Origin: Antedon mediterranea
Taxonomy: Eukaryota; Animalia; Echinodermata
Direction: 5' to 3'
Assembly: GCF_964355755.1 (NCBI RefSeq)
Contig: NC_092680.1
Coordinates: 7,812,001 to 7,876,000 of the forward strand
DNA length: 64,000 nucleotides
Made by a program: the position numbers and the translations under genes. Under the pieces are notes generated by a model. The model ran no database searches. It saw nothing but the letters and a program-made list of their open reading frames with translations, and was not told the origin of the DNA. Position 1 is the first letter of the stretch; each line of letters starts with the position of its first letter. Below, in pieces: positions 61,909 to 64,000 of the stretch.

Positions 61909-63345
61909 GTCGACGGCAATATTAGTAATTCTTTCAAATGTCTAATAGGTATACAACAGGGTTCGCCACTCTCGTCCTTTTTATTTAATGTTTTTATTAA
62001 TGATTTGAGTGAAACATTAAATGAGGAAGGCGACGAGCATAGAATCCAAATAGGAAATCTAAAAATTAATCATTTACTCTATGCAGATGACCTTATGTTA
62101 TTTGGTGATACCGTTTATGGTCTACAATATTATTTAAACAAGTTATCTACCTATTGTACAAGATGGGAAGTAACTGTCAATGTTAACAAGAGTAATATTA
62201 TGGTGTTTAAGAATGGTGGTAATCTTAACAAATTTGAAAAATGGAATTACAATGGAAATACAGTTGACATTGTCAAATCCTTTAAATATTTAGGAGTTGT
62301 TTTCAACTCAAATGGTAATTGGAATAAAGCCAAAGAATACAATTGTCAACAAGCTAATAAGGCTTTGTTCACATTAAAAGGATTGACCCATAGACGTTTT
62401 GGTAACCTCCAAGTTAATATATGGAACCATATATTTGATGTTAAGATTATGCCAATCTTACTTTATGGTAGCGAAATATGGGGTTTAAATGATATATCAG
62501 TAGAAGAGAAAGTTCATCTAAGATTCTGTAAATACATTCTAGGAATAGGTAATTCTGCACCAAGTGTTGCAGTGAGAGGAGAATGTGGAAGATTCACTAT
62601 CCAAATTCAAATTATCATTAATATAATTCGTTATTGGCTTAGAGTAATCCAAATGGATAATGACAAATTTATTAAACAATGTTATGATTTTCAATATAGA
62701 AAAGCTCAAAGAAATGAGCAAAGTTGGGCCAATGACGTAAAACAAATACTATGCATAAATGGATTTGGTAACATATGGTACTCACAACAGGTTAATAATA
62801 TATATACTTTTATTTCAAATTTTAAACAAAGGCTTACAGACATTGAACGACAGAAATTCTACGAAGATACTAGGCTACACTCTAAGCTCCAATATTACAA
62901 GCACGTTAAATATAAGTTTGGAATTGAAGAATATCTAACAAAAGTAACAAATTACAAACATAGACAAATTATGACTAAGATACGACTAGGAATTTTAGAA
63001 TTAGAAATTGAAAAAGGAAGATGGAATTGTATAAATAGAAATGAAAGATTATGCAAATTATGTGCTTTACAATCAATTGAAGATGAATATCATTTCACTT
63101 TAGTTTGTCCATTTTATTCAGATATTAGAACTAAATATATGTTTTCCTTTTATACAAACAACCCAACTAAATTAAAATATATTTATCTTATGTCTGCCAC
63201 AAATACTGATCTTATTGTTAAACTTGGAAAATATTTATTTTTTTCATTTAAACGTAGAACAGAATTTTTAAACGCACTCAACTGATATTTATTTAATATT
63301 GTATTACATTGTATATTATTTGGGCCAAAGGCCATATATAATAAA
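61909..63345 (+). mobile_element. 5'-truncated non-LTR retrotransposon (LINE; RTE-X-like), antisense within the GPCR intron
   Basis: Open frame from ~61909 (GIQQGSPLS) through YADDL, FKYLG, LLYGSEIWG, GECGR and C-terminal CKLC..EDEYHF..CP to the stop at 63285; 3' ggcc hairpin and AATAAA at ~63340. Confidence 0.88.
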
Positions 63346-64000
63346 TGTTTCTTGGATCTCCAAGAAAGAAAGAAGATACTTGTATTCGTGCATATCAGGT
63401 ATGCGAACGCCTGATTTATTCTCATTAGAAAGTAGTACGTGTACTGAAGATTAATAACAATGCTAACCCAGTAAACATTTTGTTCTTGTTCAAGTAGTAG
63501 TAAAGACAAACAACAAAATGTCAATTGTCTAGGATTAATTTAGGCCTATTAAAGAGGCTTAAATGATAATTCATACGATTTTCTGCATTGCTCCATCAGA
63601 AGTTTTAAAGTTTCATTAAGCTAAGAAATAAATAGACATTTATGGATATAGACTGAAATTATTATTTTTTATTTTGAACTATTAACCTTCATAAAAAGAA
63701 CAACCGTCGTATTTTGTACACAATCAATTTATGGTAGCGTAGTTGAAATTCCGAATGCAAATTGTACAAACACACGTGATTAATGATTCCTAATGAGATA
63801 AAATGTCTACCATTTTGTAACGACAATAGCGAACCAATGTATCTTGTATATTAATCGTTTTACTATTGTAATTCGACAGAATTGTTTACCAAACCATTAT
63901 TGGATCAGTTTAAATCCGTCTGCGACTTTACCATTCCAACTTTTTTTCCTCAGGGTTCACTACAGTTTACAATGGCGGTTTCTTTACGTATTTGCGTTGA

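Overview
AT-rich, intron-containing animal genomic DNA, probably from a marine invertebrate (possibly an echinoderm or other deuterostome; this is inference only). About 1-51 kb is a tandem array of five + strand arylsulfatase B/I/J-like gene copies with a shared 7-exon structure. Copy A (5' end outside the window) has a 44-nt frameshifting deletion. Copy B is intact (~530 aa). Copy C is a pseudogene with a +2 frameshift, an intronic Gypsy element and a 5,360-bp tandem duplication. Copy D is collapsed by an exon 1-to-exon 7 deletion. Copy E is intact (~513 aa). The array carries many transposons whose empty sites are visible in the paralogues: a young full-length CsRn1/Kabuki-type Gypsy LTR element, a 3.7-kb palindromic Academ-like DNA transposon made of two head-to-head transposase 3' halves, a MULE-like foldback element in the copy B promoter, nested Helentron-associated (HINE/DINE-1-like) elements (one carrying tRNA-Val-like sequences), and Harbinger-like MITEs. 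The last 13 kb holds a possible decayed metalloprotease fragment, mini- and microsatellites, LINE fragments and the last coding exon of a kisspeptin/galanin-type GPCR on the - strand. All calls come from reading the sequence by eye; no database search was run.
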